Counted from the first letter of the stretch, positions 12,318 through 25,256 are shown. The stretch is 64,000 bases of DNA from Bacillota bacterium (GCA_050951805.1 JBMNJT010000002.1:992001-1056000), one strand, 5' to 3'. Notes: generated by a model from the letters alone, not told the origin. Program-made: numbers and translations.

Positions 12318-12892
12318 ATTTGCTGCTCCATTCTTGCTGTGCCCCGTGCACTACCTATTGCCTCGAGAAGCTGAGGTCTGATGGGCATGATGTATACGGG
12401 TATTTCTATAACCCCAACATACATCCGTATGTCGAGTTTCGGCGAAGGCTGGACACATACAGGGATTACTGTGCATCAGTTGGTCTGGACGCGGATATTT
12501 GTGAGAGTTATGGCCTTCGGCAGTACATTGTGGAGGTTGGGAGTGATATCGACGGCAGATGCGCCGTCTGCTATCGCATGCGCCTCCTTTCCGCGGCAAA
12601 GCTTGCACTGGAGAAGGGTGTTGACGCATTTACTACAACTCTTTCTATCAGCCCCTATCAAAACCACGAGCTTTTAGCGCGGGTGGGTGAGGACGTGTCG
12701 AGGGAAGTCGGAGTGCCCTTTATCTATTATGATTTCAGGCCTGGATATAGGCGAAGCGTTGAAATCTCGCGAGAATTGGGCCTTTATCGACAGCCGTATT
12801 GTGGCTGCATATTCAGTGAGGAAGAGCGCTACTCCCCAAAGTTCCGCAAGTCGCGTAAGCGGACGAAAAAAGGCTCTGCTGATAAGGAGTAA
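12314..12892 (+). CDS. queH: Epoxyqueuosine reductase QueH (DUF208)
   Basis: [31 protein letters not shown]. Confidence 0.92.
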   Translation: MNLLLHSCCAPCTTYCLEKLRSDGHDVYGYFYNPNIHPYVEFRRRLDTYRDYCASVGLDADICESYGLRQYIVEVGSDIDGRCAVCYRMRLLSAAKLALEKGVDAFTTTLSISPYQNHELLARVGEDVSREVGVPFIYYDFRPGYRRSVEISRELGLYRQPYCGCIFSEEERYSPKFRKSRKRTKKGSADKE

Positions 12893-12990
12893 ACCTTCGG
12901 GAGCAGTCGTATTCCTTGCATAGCGCGGAGCGCCGATGGGAACGTTACATTACAAAGCCCCGGTGGTCCGCATGTTGAGGATGATGCGGA

Positions 12991-13764
12991 TTGGCGTTGT
13001 CAAAATGTGAAGGGGTTATTCTTCGGGTTAAAGATTTCGGTGAAGCAGACCGGATCTTAACGATCCTTTCTGATACGGATGGGAAGTTTGATGCTGTCGC
13101 CCGCGGCGCTCGGCGCCCTCGGAGCAGACTGGTTGGGGTTACTCAACAATTTTCGCGCGTGAATGCGCTATTGTTCCGTGGCAGAAACTTGGATACGCTG
13201 AGCACTGTGGAGCTGCTGTCTTCTTATTCCAGCATCACATCGGATGTAATGAAGATGGCATATGCTTCATACGTTGCTGAACTGGTCGATCTCATGACAG
13301 GCGAAAGGCAGCGTAACGAAATGCTATACGCCTTGGTTATTTCGACATTCGAAGCGCTCGATGCGGGGCCCGCAGACCCTGATATGGTGCTTAAGGCGTT
13401 TGAAATAAAGTTCATGTCTGTTTCTGGCTTCCGACCTGAGCTTGCAAGATGTGTTTCCTGTGGAAAGCCTGAAAACCAAGCGTCATGGTTTGGCCCGGAG
13501 GCCGGGGGGTTGCTGTGCGATGGGTGCCGCAGTTCGGACTGGGGAAGCGTCCGATTTTCCGCTGCAACGCGGGAACTGGCCAAGCGCCTTCTGATATGGG
13601 ATTACGACATGATAGCGGTGCTCAAGCCGAGTCGTAGCAGCTTTGAAGAACTAAACAATGCCTTCAGGGCCTATGTGGATCAGCGGGTAGGGCGCAAGCT
13701 GCATTCGCTTGACTTCATCTCTGATCTTAAATCGATGGAGCGAGGGGGCAAACAGGATAGTTGA
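12991..13764 (+). CDS. recO: DNA repair protein RecO
   Basis: GEADRILTI, ARGARR, CVSC...CDGC zinc finger. Confidence 0.95.
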   Translation: MALSKCEGVILRVKDFGEADRILTILSDTDGKFDAVARGARRPRSRLVGVTQQFSRVNALLFRGRNLDTLSTVELLSSYSSITSDVMKMAYASYVAELVDLMTGERQRNEMLYALVISTFEALDAGPADPDMVLKAFEIKFMSVSGFRPELARCVSCGKPENQASWFGPEAGGLLCDGCRSSDWGSVRFSAATRELAKRLLIWDYDMIAVLKPSRSSFEELNNAFRAYVDQRVGRKLHSLDFISDLKSMERGGKQDS

Positions 13765-14162
13765 AGGTTGACCTCGATAAAATTGACAAGCTCCGCGCGC
13801 GGATTGATCTCGGCTATGATGAGGCCGCTGCGTATTTGGAAGCAGCAGGAGGCGATCTTGTTCAGGCTCTCATAATGGCGGAAAGAGACATTGGAAGCGC
13901 TGTGGATGGCAGCCTGGATTTGGACGGTGGCCAACGTGAGTCCACGGACGGTTCGACATGGACCGGACGCCTGGCGGACGTTCTCAGACGTGGTTCTGAG
14001 ATGAGGCTGGTGGTGGAACGCGACGGGGCCAATGTAGCTTATATGCCGGTGTCGGCAGGATTGGTAGGGGCTATTTTCGCTCCCGAGCTGGCAGCCGTGG
14101 GGGCCATCTTGGCCCTGGCGACCAGATGCACGATGAGGGTAGAGCCGAATCCGAACGAGTGA
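13761..14162 (+). CDS. DUF4342-like protein with N-terminal UBA/EF-Ts-like helix bundle
   Basis: KIDKLRAR..YDEA..LE..GGDLVQALI N-terminus, hydrophobic C-terminus; recO-adjacent synteny. Confidence 0.7.
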   Translation: MKVDLDKIDKLRARIDLGYDEAAAYLEAAGGDLVQALIMAERDIGSAVDGSLDLDGGQRESTDGSTWTGRLADVLRRGSEMRLVVERDGANVAYMPVSAGLVGAIFAPELAAVGAILALATRCTMRVEPNPNE

Positions 14163-14275
14163 GCGGATCGAGCATCATCCTTCCGGGTTCGGGGTACATC
14201 CACGTTAGCGGGAGGACTATCTAATGCAAGCTTTTTTCGGCGTACGAGGGAAGGTGCTAAAACCAGAGCCGGGAA

Positions 14276-14402
14276 TTGACATATTGCAGGGCCATTTGCT
14301 ATAGTTAGGGCAAATGACAGCGTGCAAGCGAACGCGCCCGGCGCTTCGGGAACATAGCCTCCCGTGCCCCCCACGAGCTTTCGGGGGCGGAGGCTTTTTT
14401 TC
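14276..14402 (+). promoter_or_regulatory. SigA promoter plus short leader with terminator/antiterminator
   Basis: TTGACA-N18-TATAGT, then AGCCTCC..GCCCCC/GGGGGC GGAGGCT hairpin and T run before the next CDS. Confidence 0.65.
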
Positions 14403-14417
14403 ATGGAGGTGGACTTT

Positions 14418-15059
14418 TTGAGGATGCTTGCCGGCCTTTACACTCGGGCACTGCCCCGGGCGTTTCGCAGTTACCGGCGATACTTGCTCTTTGCCGCTAT
14501 GCTCCTTGTCACCTGCATGATTGTGGGTTACACCGGATTCAGCCCTTCAGGCGATTCTCTGCCGTGGATATTCAACAGCCTCATAGGGCTGAGGGATTCC
14601 ATGGCCGGCGCTTCTACATGGGAACAGATTGGAATGCTGTTTTGGAACAACCTAAAAGCCACGCTTGTCTCCATCGGTCTGGGGTGGATATTCGGCATCG
14701 TCCCCGTAATAAGTGTATGCCTTAACGGAGTGCTCATCGGGGCGTGTACGAAGCTGATGGTTGTCAGAAATGCCCTATCGGCATCTGTTGTGATTGCGTC
14801 TTTTCTTCCCCATGGAATACTGGAGTTGCCGGCTTTCTTGGCAGGCCAGGTTGTGGGGTTGCGTTTGGGCTTTCTTCTTCCGGTGGTGTGGCGTGGGCGC
14901 GCAAGCAAGAACGATCTGGGGCGCGCGGCTGTTGAGGGAGCGATCATCCTTGGCTTGTTTTGTGTGCCGCTGCTGGCGATAGCTGCTGTTGTGGAGCTCA
15001 AGGTTACGCCGGCAGTTGTTCGGATGTTTGCTCCGGAGCTTCCAACGCTGCCTCTATGA
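14418..15059 (+). CDS. SpoIIM/DUF95-family membrane protein
   Basis: FWNN, NG, LPHGILELPA, A-x2-E-x2-VTP motifs; TTG start inferred from GGAGG RBS (ATG at 14403 is an alternative). Confidence 0.85.
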   Translation: MRMLAGLYTRALPRAFRSYRRYLLFAAMLLVTCMIVGYTGFSPSGDSLPWIFNSLIGLRDSMAGASTWEQIGMLFWNNLKATLVSIGLGWIFGIVPVISVCLNGVLIGACTKLMVVRNALSASVVIASFLPHGILELPAFLAGQVVGLRLGFLLPVVWRGRASKNDLGRAAVEGAIILGLFCVPLLAIAAVVELKVTPAVVRMFAPELPTLPL

Positions 15060-15083
15060 CGATGAGATGGGGAGGGACCGCGC

Positions 15084-15953
15084 TTGAACTTTCAGGATTT
15101 GATATTTGCTTTGGAACAATACTGGGCGCGCCAGGGCGCCACGATTCAACAACCTTACGTGATAGAGGTGGGCGCAGGCACTATGAGCCCCCACACCTTT
15201 CTGAGGGTTTTGGGGCCAAAGCCATGGAAGGTTGCGTATGTACAACCGTCGCGCAGGCCTGCTGATGGCCGGTACGGAGAGAACCCCAACAGACTTTATC
15301 AGCACCATCAATACCAGGTGATCCTGAAGCCGAATCCCGATGATGTGGTCGATCTGTATCTGGGGAGCCTGTCGGCGATGGGCATCAATCCCAAAGAACA
15401 TGATATTCGACTGGTGGAAGACAACTGGGAGGCTCCTACCTTGGGTGCCTGGGGCACCGGGTGGGAGATATGGCTTGACGGGATGGAGATAACGCAGTTC
15501 ACTTACTTTCAACAGGTAGGTGGGATCGATACGAGGCCTGTTTCAGTGGAACTCACATACGGCCTCGAAAGGATTTCCATGTATCTCCAGGGTGTGGATA
15601 ACGTTTACGATATGATGTGGGCTGATGGTATTGCTTATGGCGATATGTATCATAGAGCTGAATATGAGTTTTCCAAGTATGCTTTCGAGTATGCGGATAT
15701 CGGAATCCTCAGCGATTCCTTCGACAACTACGAACGCGAGGCTGTACGATGTATCGGGGCGGGCCTGTTGCTTCCCGGGTATGATTATGTGCTGAAATGT
15801 TCGCATGTCTTCAACGTGCTTGATGCAAGGGGCGCTTTTGGGGCTGCCCAACGCGCGGAGTATATGGGACGTGTCCGAGCTTTGGCAAGGAAGGTTGCAG
15901 TGGCATGGGTAAGGTCTGAGGAAGAGGAGGCGGCAGAGAATGGTTCAGAGTGA
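15084..15953 (+). CDS. glyQ: Glycyl-tRNA synthetase alpha subunit
   Basis: [39 protein letters not shown]. Confidence 0.98.
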   Translation: MNFQDLIFALEQYWARQGATIQQPYVIEVGAGTMSPHTFLRVLGPKPWKVAYVQPSRRPADGRYGENPNRLYQHHQYQVILKPNPDDVVDLYLGSLSAMGINPKEHDIRLVEDNWEAPTLGAWGTGWEIWLDGMEITQFTYFQQVGGIDTRPVSVELTYGLERISMYLQGVDNVYDMMWADGIAYGDMYHRAEYEFSKYAFEYADIGILSDSFDNYEREAVRCIGAGLLLPGYDYVLKCSHVFNVLDARGAFGAAQRAEYMGRVRALARKVAVAWVRSEEEEAAENGSE

Positions 15954-18051
15954 TCGCGTCGGGGCAGTTCTCGAGATAGGCACTGAGGAGCTGCCCGCGA
16001 GGTTTATGCCAGGAATCCTGGAAGACGCCAGAACAACAGCTGCTTCGGTTCTTGAAGAGGCCCGTCTTGATGTTGGTCGGGTTCGCACTTATGCCACCCC
16101 GCGTAGGATTGCAATAATCCTTGACGATGTAGCGCCATCCCAGGCCGACCTCGTGCGTGAGGTTCGCGGTCCTGCGACCCGCATTGCTTACGATGAAGAC
16201 GGGAATCCCACTCGCGCTGCTGAAGGATTCGCACGCTCTGCCGGAATCTCTGTGGCTGAATTGGTGCGGAAAGAGACTCCGCAAGGTGAATATGTATACG
16301 CCATAGTCCGCGAAGATGGATGTGACGCGGCGACAGTGCTCAGTGAAGCGTTCCCCAGGATGATCGATTCGATCAGCTTTCCGAAATCGATGAGATGGGG
16401 TTGGGGGGAACTGTGTTTTGCGCGGCCCATCAGATGGATATTGGCTTTGTTAGGCAAGGAAGTTGTGGATTTCGAATATCACGGTATGTCCAGTGGACGA
16501 GTTACATGGGGACACCGGACGCTGGCGCCAGGCCCTGTGGAGATCGTTTCGAGCTCGGAGTATCCGGCGCGGCTTCGGGAGATCGGAGTAATGCTAGATC
16601 CCCAGGAGCGGGCTTCAACAATCATGAGCCAGGCGCAGTCGCTGGCGGCGGAATGTGGGGGAACCCCTGTCGTGGAAGAGGGCCTTCTGGAAGAGGTCAC
16701 GTTTCTAGTTGAGTGGCCAACGGCCTTCGCAGGAAGGTTCTCCAGCGATTACCTTGCGCTTCCTGAGCCATGCGTTATAACACCGATGGTGGGACATCAG
16801 CGTTATTTCCCGGTGCGGGACGCCGATGGGCATCTGATGCCTGTGTTTATTGGAGTGCGTAATGGCGATGACTACCGTCTTGACGTGGTGGCGGCCGGGA
16901 ACGAGCGGGTGCTCGCTGCGAGGCTGGCAGATGCGCGTTTCTTCTACGACGACGACATGAAGGTGCCGCTTGCGGAGAGGGTGCCGCACCTGAAGAACGT
17001 GGTCTTTCAGGAGAAACTGGGTACAATGTATGATAAGGCGGAACGCATCGAGGTTCTCGGACGCAGCTTGATATCTGATTCTAGTGATGCAGATATTCTC
17101 AAGCGGGCGGCGTTCTTGGCCAAGGCTGACCTGGTTACAGCGATGGTTCGTGAGTTTACGGAGCTTCAAGGCGTAATGGGCAGGGAATACGCTCTACGGC
17201 AAGGTGAGGACGAGAAAACCGCTCAGGCAATATTCGAGCACTACTTGCCGAGATACGCAGGGGACATTCTGCCCAGCACCCGTGTGGGCGCTGCGCTGAG
17301 CATAGCCGACAAGATGGATACCGTTGCGGGCTACTTTGCGATCGGGCTCATCCCGTCCGGATCGGCAGATCCGTACGCGCTCAGAAGGCAAGCCGCGGGC
17401 ATGCTCGCGGTCCATGCTGAGTGGAGGTTTTCCAAAGGCCTGGATGAGATTGCGCGGCTTGCGGTCAGCCTGTACGAGGAGGCCGGGGTTGTGCAGTGCT
17501 CCACTGAGCAGCTTGTAAAGGATGTTCTCGAATTCCTAGGCACGAGGCTCAAGGTATCGTTACTGGAATCGGGGATACGCCATGACATTGCAGACGCTGC
17601 CATTTCTTCGGGTGTGGGGCGGCCGGCTTGCGTTCGTGAGAAGGCGTATGCGGTGGCGTCTGTAGTCGATCAGGACTGGTTTGTGCGTTTGGCTACTGCT
17701 GCGACGCGAGTCAAAAACATAGCTGGGCGTTCTGAGCCTGGCAAGTGCGACCCGGAACTCTTTGATGATCCTGCTGAACAAGGCCTGTATGACGCTGTTT
17801 GCAAGCTCGAGGCGGATTTGGGCGTGCAGGAGAAGGAAGATGCGTCTGGTTTGGTGGAAAGGGATATGTATATAGATGCCATGAAGAGAACGGCTGATAT
17901 CTGTGACGACATCGATCGATATTTCGATGCGGTGTTGGTCATGGCGGATGATGACCGAGTCAGGAAGAACCGCCTTGCAATGCTCAAATGGGTTTTAGAT
18001 ATCGTATCTTCGGTCATTGACACGACACAGATAGTCTTCCCCGGAAATTAG
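15940..18051 (+). CDS. glyS: Glycyl-tRNA synthetase beta subunit
   Basis: [39 protein letters not shown]. Confidence 0.98.
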   Translation: MVQSDRVGAVLEIGTEELPARFMPGILEDARTTAASVLEEARLDVGRVRTYATPRRIAIILDDVAPSQADLVREVRGPATRIAYDEDGNPTRAAEGFARSAGISVAELVRKETPQGEYVYAIVREDGCDAATVLSEAFPRMIDSISFPKSMRWGWGELCFARPIRWILALLGKEVVDFEYHGMSSGRVTWGHRTLAPGPVEIVSSSEYPARLREIGVMLDPQERASTIMSQAQSLAAECGGTPVVEEGLLEEVTFLVEWPTAFAGRFSSDYLALPEPCVITPMVGHQRYFPVRDADGHLMPVFIGVRNGDDYRLDVVAAGNERVLAARLADARFFYDDDMKVPLAERVPHLKNVVFQEKLGTMYDKAERIEVLGRSLISDSSDADILKRAAFLAKADLVTAMVREFTELQGVMGREYALRQGEDEKTAQAIFEHYLPRYAGDILPSTRVGAALSIADKMDTVAGYFAIGLIPSGSADPYALRRQAAGMLAVHAEWRFSKGLDEIARLAVSLYEEAGVVQCSTEQLVKDVLEFLGTRLKVSLLESGIRHDIADAAISSGVGRPACVREKAYAVASVVDQDWFVRLATAATRVKNIAGRSEPGKCDPELFDDPAEQGLYDAVCKLEADLGVQEKEDASGLVERDMYIDAMKRTADICDDIDRYFDAVLVMADDDRVRKNRLAMLKWVLDIVSSVIDTTQIVFPGN

Positions 18052-18138
18052 CCGGGCGCAGAAGAAGGAAAAAGAGAGTTTGAGTAGAATTCAATGCCAT
18101 TTGATGCGTAGATTGCTGCATTAGATAGGGGGATTAGC

Positions 18139-20790
18139 ATGGGAAAGAATAACATGCCAAAGTATGTCTACTACTTCGGAGGTAAACAGGCCGACGGTAA
18201 AGGCGATATGAAGAACCTCCTGGGCGGCAAGGGAGCGGGTCTTGCTGAAATGACCAACTTGGGGATTCCTGTCCCGCCCGGTTTTACTATCACCACGGAG
18301 GTCTGCACTGCTTTTTATGAGAACGATCGGAAATGGCCCGAAGGGCTAGAGGAACAGATTCGGGAGAATCTCAAGCGCCTCGAAGAGGAGATGGGTGCCA
18401 AGTTCGCCGATCCGGATAATCCGCTTTTGCTTTCAGTAAGGTCTGGTGCCCGTGTTTCAATGCCAGGCATGATGGACACAGTCCTCAATCTCGGTTTGAA
18501 CGATGCTACTGCCCAAGGGCTCATCAAGAAAACAGGAAATCCTCGGTTCGTCTACGACAGCTATCGACGGTTTGTGCACATGTATTCCGATGTCGTCTTG
18601 GAGGTTCCCCACGAAGCCTTTGAGGAGGCAATAGCTGCTAAGAAAAAGGCTCGCGGAGTCAAGCTCGACATGGATCTCACTGCGGACGACCTGAAGGAAC
18701 TGGTGGAAGAGTACAAGGAAATAGCGCGCAAACACACAGGCAAGGATTTCCCTGAAGATCCTTGGGAACAGCTGCGAGGATCGATCAACGCAGTCTTCGA
18801 TTCGTGGAATAACCAGCGTGCAATAACTTATCGCAAGATAAACGGAATCCCTGGGGATTGGGGAACTGCGGTAAACGTCCAAACCATGGTCTTTGGAAAC
18901 ATGGGAGAAACTTCAGGTACGGGAGTCGCCTTTACGCGTGACCCTGCAACAGGCGAAAATGTCTTCTATGGCGAGTACCTCATGAATGCTCAGGGCGAGG
19001 ATGTTGTTGCAGGTATAAGGACTCCCAAACCCATCAGCGAGTTGAAAAAGTCCATGCCGGAGATATATGCCCAGTTGGAGCAGATATATCATACCCTTGA
19101 AAAACACTACAAAGATATGCAGGATATAGAGTTCACGATTCAGGATGGTCGTCTCTTCATGCTCCAGACGAGAAACGGCAAGAGAACCGGAACAGCTGCA
19201 GTCCGCATTGCAGTAGAAATGGTCGAGGAAGGCTTGATAGACAAGAAGACAGCGGTTCTCCGAGTTCCGCCAGCCCAGCTCGATCAGCTGCTGCACCCGA
19301 TGATCGACGCTAAGGCCAAGGTCGATGTGATAGCCAAGGGCTTGCCAGCATCGCCAGGCGCTGCAGTCGGAAGAGTTGTCTTCACCGCTAAGGCTGCGGA
19401 GGAATGGGCGGCTCGTGGGGAGAAGGTAGTCCTTGCTAGGACCGAGACATCGCCTGAAGATATCGGCGGCATGCATGTTGCCGTTGGCATACTTACCAGT
19501 CGAGGCGGAATGACGAGCCATGCAGCCGTTGTTGCCAGAGGCATGGGAACGTGTTGTGTGGCAGGTTGCGGTGCTCTCATCATCAATGAGAAGGAGAAGA
19601 GAATAACCTGTGGCGATCTTACTATTTCAGAAGGCGATTGGATCACTCTGAACGGATCCACAGGTGAAGTCATATTGGGGCAGGTTCCGTTGGTGGAGCC
19701 CGAGCTTACAGGAAACTTCGGGAAGCTCATGGAGTGGGCCGATGAATTCCGCGCTTTGAAGGTCCGAACGAATGCGGATACGCCGGAAGATGCCAAGCAG
19801 GCTCGGTATTTTGGGGCTGAGGGAATCGGACTGTGCCGAACTGAGCACATGTTCTTCGCCGAGGATAGGATACGCGCCATGCGCGAGATGATCCTTGCTG
19901 ACACTGAAGAGCAGAGGCGCACAGCTCTTGCCAAGCTGCTCCCGTACCAAAAAGGCGACTTCATGGGGATTTTCCGGGAAATGGATGGTCTGCCCGTAAC
20001 CATCAGGTTGCTCGATCCACCCCTTCACGAGTTCCTGCCAAGCCTCGAGCAGAGCAAGCAGATCGAGGAATTGGCGTCTGAGATGGGGATCGCCGAGCAG
20101 AAAGTGCGAGACAGGATCGGCGCTCTGCACGAGCTCAATCCGATGTTGGGGTTCAGAGGCTGCCGACTTGGTGTTGTGTTCTCCGAGATCTATGAAATGC
20201 AGACAAGGGCCATATTCGAGGCTGCGTGCGAGCTAGTTCGCGAAGGGGTAAATGTAATGCCCGAGGTAATGGTGCCTCTCGTTGGGACCACAGGCGAGAT
20301 GGAGATGATACGCGAATATGTTGTCGGCATAGCGGACAAGACGATCAAGGAATATGGAGTCGACCTTGACTACATGGTCGGAACGATGATCGAGGTTCCG
20401 CGGGCTGCGTTGATCGCTGACGAGATAGCGAAGTCTGCTGAGTTCTTCTCCTTCGGTACCAATGACATGACGCAGATGGTCTTCGGATACAGCCGGGACG
20501 ACGCAGGGAAGTTCCTCGGCGAATACATGGACCGCAACGTTTTGAAACATGACCCGTTCCAGTCGCTGGACCAGGAAGGCGTGGGCCAGATGGTAACCAT
20601 GGGTGTTGAGCGCGGACGGTCTACCAGGCCTGATCTGAAAATAGGCGTATGTGGTGAGCACGGTGGAGACCCTGATTCCGTGGAGTTCTTCCACAAGGTC
20701 GGGCTTGATTACGTTAGCTGTTCTCCTTATCGTGTGCCGATCGCGCGCCTTGCTGCAGCACAGGCCGAGATCAAGCAGCCAAGAAAGTAG
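18139..20790 (+). CDS. ppdK: Pyruvate, phosphate dikinase
   Basis: [42 protein letters not shown]. Confidence 0.99.
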   Translation: MGKNNMPKYVYYFGGKQADGKGDMKNLLGGKGAGLAEMTNLGIPVPPGFTITTEVCTAFYENDRKWPEGLEEQIRENLKRLEEEMGAKFADPDNPLLLSVRSGARVSMPGMMDTVLNLGLNDATAQGLIKKTGNPRFVYDSYRRFVHMYSDVVLEVPHEAFEEAIAAKKKARGVKLDMDLTADDLKELVEEYKEIARKHTGKDFPEDPWEQLRGSINAVFDSWNNQRAITYRKINGIPGDWGTAVNVQTMVFGNMGETSGTGVAFTRDPATGENVFYGEYLMNAQGEDVVAGIRTPKPISELKKSMPEIYAQLEQIYHTLEKHYKDMQDIEFTIQDGRLFMLQTRNGKRTGTAAVRIAVEMVEEGLIDKKTAVLRVPPAQLDQLLHPMIDAKAKVDVIAKGLPASPGAAVGRVVFTAKAAEEWAARGEKVVLARTETSPEDIGGMHVAVGILTSRGGMTSHAAVVARGMGTCCVAGCGALIINEKEKRITCGDLTISEGDWITLNGSTGEVILGQVPLVEPELTGNFGKLMEWADEFRALKVRTNADTPEDAKQARYFGAEGIGLCRTEHMFFAEDRIRAMREMILADTEEQRRTALAKLLPYQKGDFMGIFREMDGLPVTIRLLDPPLHEFLPSLEQSKQIEELASEMGIAEQKVRDRIGALHELNPMLGFRGCRLGVVFSEIYEMQTRAIFEAACELVREGVNVMPEVMVPLVGTTGEMEMIREYVVGIADKTIKEYGVDLDYMVGTMIEVPRAALIADEIAKSAEFFSFGTNDMTQMVFGYSRDDAGKFLGEYMDRNVLKHDPFQSLDQEGVGQMVTMGVERGRSTRPDLKIGVCGEHGGDPDSVEFFHKVGLDYVSCSPYRVPIARLAAAQAEIKQPRK

Positions 20791-20860
20791 GGAGCGCGGA
20801 GCGAAACCCAACAGGATGACTTCAACTTACGAGACGGAGCTCCCTATCTGAGAGTAGTCT

Positions 20861-20894
20861 GTGGCCCACGTGGCGGAGATGCCGCGTGGGCCAC
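20861..20894 (+). terminator. Hairpin after ppdK
   Basis: GTGGCCCACGTGGC-GGAGAT-GCCGCGTGGGCCAC inverted repeat; weak T tail. Confidence 0.55.
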
Positions 20895-20928
20895 TTACGG
20901 CAATAATCATAGGGAGGAGGAGTGTGCC

Positions 20929-21951
20929 ATGACGGTCAGAGAGCGTCTGGAAGAAGAGGAACTGGAGAGGCTTTCACCGCATGCCGCATTCTCGCGCAAT
21001 ACTCGCGGGCGTGATCGCGAAGAGGAGCCGGATGAATTTCGCACCTGCTACCAGCGAGACAGGGACAGGATCATACATTGCAAGGCTTTTCGGAGGCTGA
21101 AACACAAGACACAGGTTTTTCTCTCTCCTGAAGGAGACCACTATCGAACACGGCTAACTCATACCCTCGAGGTTGCCCAGATTGCTCGGACCATGGCACG
21201 GGCGCTCCAACTCAATGAAGACCTTACTGAAGCCATAGCTCTTGGGCATGACTTGGGGCATACGCCATTCGGACATTCTGGCGAGGCTGCCCTCAATGAG
21301 GTTGTGGATGGCGGGTTTCGCCACAACGAGCAAAGTTTGAGAGTGGTAGAGTTTGTTGAGCGAAGGGAAGGCAAGCCCGGGCGAGGGCTTAACCTAACAT
21401 GGGAGGTCCGCAACGGGATACTTTGCCACTCGGCGGATTGGCCGGAAGAGGCTGCTACACTTGAGGGACAGGTCGTAAAGTGCGCCGACAAGATCGCGTA
21501 TGTTAACCACGATGTGGATGATGCTATGCGCGCTGGAATCATCAACGAAGGCATGATTCCAGAGGAGGCGCAGCGGATCCTGGGACGCACGAGATCTGAG
21601 CGCCTTGACACGCTCGTAAAGGACGTCATTGACGAGAGCACGAATAGAGGCAAGATTGCGATGAGCCCTGAAGTTGCTCAGGGCATGGCCGCATTGCGGA
21701 ATTTCATGTTTGAGAGGGTATACATCGGATCGGTTGCCAAGATCGAGGCGGATAAGGCGAAAAGGCTCCTAATCCAGCTTTATTGCTATTATCTTGACAA
21801 TGTAGATGAACTGATAGAGGAGTCCGGGGAATCATTGCAGGGTGAGGATGTGGTCAGGATCGCCGTAGATTACATCGCAGGCATGACAGATAGATATGCA
21901 ATGAAGCAATGGACAGAGAGATTTGTTCCTGCTGCGTGGGGGGTCTATTGA
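20929..21951 (+). CDS. dgt: dGTP triphosphohydrolase-like HD protein
   Basis: RRLKHKTQVF, RTRLTH, HDLGHTPFGH, DYIAGMTDRYA. Confidence 0.93.
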   Translation: MTVRERLEEEELERLSPHAAFSRNTRGRDREEEPDEFRTCYQRDRDRIIHCKAFRRLKHKTQVFLSPEGDHYRTRLTHTLEVAQIARTMARALQLNEDLTEAIALGHDLGHTPFGHSGEAALNEVVDGGFRHNEQSLRVVEFVERREGKPGRGLNLTWEVRNGILCHSADWPEEAATLEGQVVKCADKIAYVNHDVDDAMRAGIINEGMIPEEAQRILGRTRSERLDTLVKDVIDESTNRGKIAMSPEVAQGMAALRNFMFERVYIGSVAKIEADKAKRLLIQLYCYYLDNVDELIEESGESLQGEDVVRIAVDYIAGMTDRYAMKQWTERFVPAAWGVY

Positions 21952-22236
21952 GACAGTCGAATGATCGTCCTACATAAGCTGGGTGCATTAGGAGACATTA
22001 TACTCGGCGTAGATCGTCTGCCCGCCATGGGGAAAGATTGAAGATCATAGGAAGGGAAATCTGATCATAGGTAGAATTACGGATGTGCAAGTGGTCTTGT
22101 GGTCACTGGGTTCGGATGCCCTCGCTTCCGCCAGGAGCAGATTCGGAAGCGGGGTTTTGTTTGACGCCACTAAACAGGCATCTGGCAGGAGAATATCTAT
22201 CGCCGGCGAAAAGTACCCCGGCAGGGGCTGGTTGGT

Positions 22237-24084
22237 TTGAGTTCAAAGTTCAGTAATGACTTGGTCGACAAGGTAAGAGAGGCAAATGACATTGTATCAG
22301 TTGTGTCAGATTACGTGCAGCTCAAGAAGGTGGGGAACAGGTTTATTGGTCTTTGCCCGTTCCACTCTGAGCGGACGCCATCGTTTTCCGTGTCGCCCGA
22401 TCGTCAGCTCTTCTACTGCTTCGGGTGCCATGTGGGAGGGAACGTCTTCACTTTCATAATGAAAATGGAAGGGCTTACGTTCCCGGAGGCAGTTCGCCGC
22501 CTCGGCCTGCGTGCCGGAATAGATGTATCAACAAGCGTCGAGTCCCCGCAGGAGCGGGCAGCGCGGGAGCGAAGAGAGTCGATATACAGAGTAAATGCTC
22601 TTGCCTTGGCATACTATAGGCAGACGCTAGTTCATTCGCCGTCTGCTGAATGTGCAAGGGATTATCTGAAGCAACGGCGAATAGAAGCCGATACTCAGGA
22701 AAAATTCAAACTAGGCTACGCGCCGGCCTCGTGGGATTCGCTTCTTACGATGCTTGCCAAGAAGGGAATCGGACCGACGGAAGTATGTGAGGCAGGATTG
22801 GCCCTTCGTGCTTCGGGCGGAAACAGGTATTATGACAGATTCAGGAACCGTTTGGTGTTTCCCATCGTTAATGTGTATGGTCGGGTTGTGGGATTTGGCG
22901 GTCGAGCCCTGGATGATTCGACACCGAAATACCTGAACAGCCCTGAATCGGCGGTCTTCAGCAAGAGATCGAACCTGTATGGGATCGATCTGGCGTCTGA
23001 TTCAATGAGAAGAAGCGGGAAAGCCGTTCTGGTGGAAGGATACATGGATGTGCTCTCTGCACATCAGGCAGGCCAAACCAATGTGGTGGCCACCCTTGGG
23101 ACAGCTCTCACTACTGAACAGGCCAGGATTGTGTTGAGATACGCGGACCATGTAGTTCTCTGTTACGATGCTGATGCGGCAGGGTCAGACGCGACGGCCC
23201 GAGGCGTTAGTACCACGTCCGCTGTGGGGCTTGATGTGCGGGTAGCTGTGTTACCCCAGGGGCATGATCCTGATAGCTTTATAAAGGAATTCGGAGGCGA
23301 AGCCTTTCAAAGGTCTGTGGATGAGGCCGTTCCGTTCATAAGGTATCAACTTGACAGTTTGCTGGATGCAGTCGATTGGTCTGACCTCGAAAGTCGCCTG
23401 CATGGGCTTGAGAAGGTAGTGGATGTTTTATCAGGAGTTGACAGCGAAGTCGAGCGGGCCGAATACACAAGAGAGCTTTCAGAAAGGTTTAACGTGGATC
23501 CAGGTGCTCTGGCTCTGGATGTTCGAAAGGCGCGAATGGCAGCCATGCGTGGAACGAGCCGGGCAGGCCCTGGAGGGAATTTGCGTTCCGGGTCGAGGCC
23601 CAAGCCGTCAGCATGGAATCATGGCCTTGATGACCCGATCTGGGGCAGCAAAGCGTATCTTGAAGTCGAAAGGGCATTAGTTCGTTTGGCGACAGAGTCT
23701 CTTCAGAACCGGACGCGTATTATGGAAACAATAGGACCAGACGGTTTTAAGATGCCAGCACATCAAAGATTGTTTCGCCTGCTATGTGATGTGGGCGAGA
23801 ATGGGGCTGTGACCCCGGCCGAGCTGGTGGATTGTGTGGATGCTGAATTGAAGGATTATGCCTCATCTGTGCTGTTTGGCGCGAAACCATGGGAATCAGA
23901 ACCTGATGCTCTAGAAAACGCGCTCACAGCATGGCAGCAGTTTTCAACAAGGCACCGGCTTAATGAAATTGACGACGAGATCAAGGAAGCCGACGTTGCA
24001 GGGAACTATGAGCGCGTATATGAGCTCCAGGCAGAGCAGAAGAAGTTGCGTTACTTGCTTGGACGCGATGTCCCTCTTTATTAG
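22237..24084 (+). CDS. dnaG: DNA primase
   Basis: [15 protein letters not shown] zinc finger, KYLNSPE, EGYMD, DADAAG. Confidence 0.98.
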   Translation: MSSKFSNDLVDKVREANDIVSVVSDYVQLKKVGNRFIGLCPFHSERTPSFSVSPDRQLFYCFGCHVGGNVFTFIMKMEGLTFPEAVRRLGLRAGIDVSTSVESPQERAARERRESIYRVNALALAYYRQTLVHSPSAECARDYLKQRRIEADTQEKFKLGYAPASWDSLLTMLAKKGIGPTEVCEAGLALRASGGNRYYDRFRNRLVFPIVNVYGRVVGFGGRALDDSTPKYLNSPESAVFSKRSNLYGIDLASDSMRRSGKAVLVEGYMDVLSAHQAGQTNVVATLGTALTTEQARIVLRYADHVVLCYDADAAGSDATARGVSTTSAVGLDVRVAVLPQGHDPDSFIKEFGGEAFQRSVDEAVPFIRYQLDSLLDAVDWSDLESRLHGLEKVVDVLSGVDSEVERAEYTRELSERFNVDPGALALDVRKARMAAMRGTSRAGPGGNLRSGSRPKPSAWNHGLDDPIWGSKAYLEVERALVRLATESLQNRTRIMETIGPDGFKMPAHQRLFRLLCDVGENGAVTPAELVDCVDAELKDYASSVLFGAKPWESEPDALENALTAWQQFSTRHRLNEIDDEIKEADVAGNYERVYELQAEQKKLRYLLGRDVPLY

Positions 24085-24146
24085 TTGCTATGGTTGTTGG
24101 CAAGCAGGTCGGCTTTGCGCAAGGCGATTCGGAAGGTGAGGAAAAG

Positions 24147-25256
24147 ATGACAAAGGAATTCAACGCGCCCGAATTGAAGAACCTCGTCGCTAAAGGCAAG
24201 AAGCGAGGCTTTCTCACTGAACGTGAGATAGTGGATGCGTTGCAAGATGTAGACCTCACCCCGGATCAGATCGAGGAGATGTACGAGGTGCTAGGGGAGT
24301 TCGGGGTAGACATCGTGGTGGGCAACGACAGTAGCGAGGCCGATGACGACGTAGTTGTTGATTCTGAAGACGATTCAGCTGATGAGGAAGAGGAAACCGA
24401 AATAGACGTGTCTGTTCCCGAGGGGATTGCCCTGGACGATCCGGTACGTATGTATCTGAAGGAAATCGGGAGAGTTCCCTTGCTCACTGCCGAAGAGGAA
24501 GTAGAGTTAGCGAAGAGGATAGAGCAAGGCGACGAAGAGGCAAAACGCGAGTTGGCTGAGGCAAATCTGAGGTTGGTTGTGAGCATAGCTAAACGGTATG
24601 TCGGTCGTGGCATGCTCTTTCTCGACCTGATACAAGAGGGCAATCTGGGCCTCTTGAAAGCGGTGGAGAAGTTCGATTATCGAAAGGGTTACAAGTTCAG
24701 CACCTACGCCACTTGGTGGATAAGGCAGGCCATTACCAGGGCCATTGCTGATCAGGCAAGGACTATACGCATTCCTGTTCACATGGTGGAGACCATAAAC
24801 AAGCTTGTGCGTGTCCAAAGGCAACTTTTGCAGGAGCTAGGCCGGGAGCCTACGCCGGAGGAGATTGCCGAGGTCATGGATTACCCCGTGGAGCGGGTAA
24901 GGGAGATCATGAAGGTAGCGCAGGAGCCTGTTTCCCTGGAAACCCCCATCGGAGAAGAAGAGGATTCGCATCTTGGTGACTTTATCGAAGACGAGGATGC
25001 CATAGCTCCGCCCGATGCTGCTTCGTTCCTTCTCATGAAAGAACAACTGGAAGAGGTGCTTTACACTCTGGCGCCGCGTGAGGAGAAGGTTCTGAGACTG
25101 AGATTTGGAATTGACGACGGTCGGGCTCGGACGCTTGAAGAGGTTGGACAGGAGTTCGGAGTGACCAGGGAGCGCATACGCCAGATAGAAGCCAAGGCCC
25201 TGCGCAAACTGCGACATCCGAGCCGAAGCAAGAAGCTCAAGGATTTCCTAGAATAA
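24147..25256 (+). CDS. rpoD: RNA polymerase sigma factor SigA
   Basis: [43 protein letters not shown]. Confidence 0.99.
   Translation: MTKEFNAPELKNLVAKGKKRGFLTEREIVDALQDVDLTPDQIEEMYEVLGEFGVDIVVGNDSSEADDDVVVDSEDDSADEEEETEIDVSVPEGIALDDPVRMYLKEIGRVPLLTAEEEVELAKRIEQGDEEAKRELAEANLRLVVSIAKRYVGRGMLFLDLIQEGNLGLLKAVEKFDYRKGYKFSTYATWWIRQAITRAIADQARTIRIPVHMVETINKLVRVQRQLLQELGREPTPEEIAEVMDYPVERVREIMKVAQEPVSLETPIGEEEDSHLGDFIEDEDAIAPPDAASFLLMKEQLEEVLYTLAPREEKVLRLRFGIDDGRARTLEEVGQEFGVTRERIRQIEAKALRKLRHPSRSKKLKDFLE

Noticed and set aside
14167-14258. Long imperfect stem AGCATC..CCTTC / GAGGGAAGGTGCT after the DUF4342-like gene
   Set aside because: The interior does not fold convincingly and has no family motif; too short for 6S RNA.
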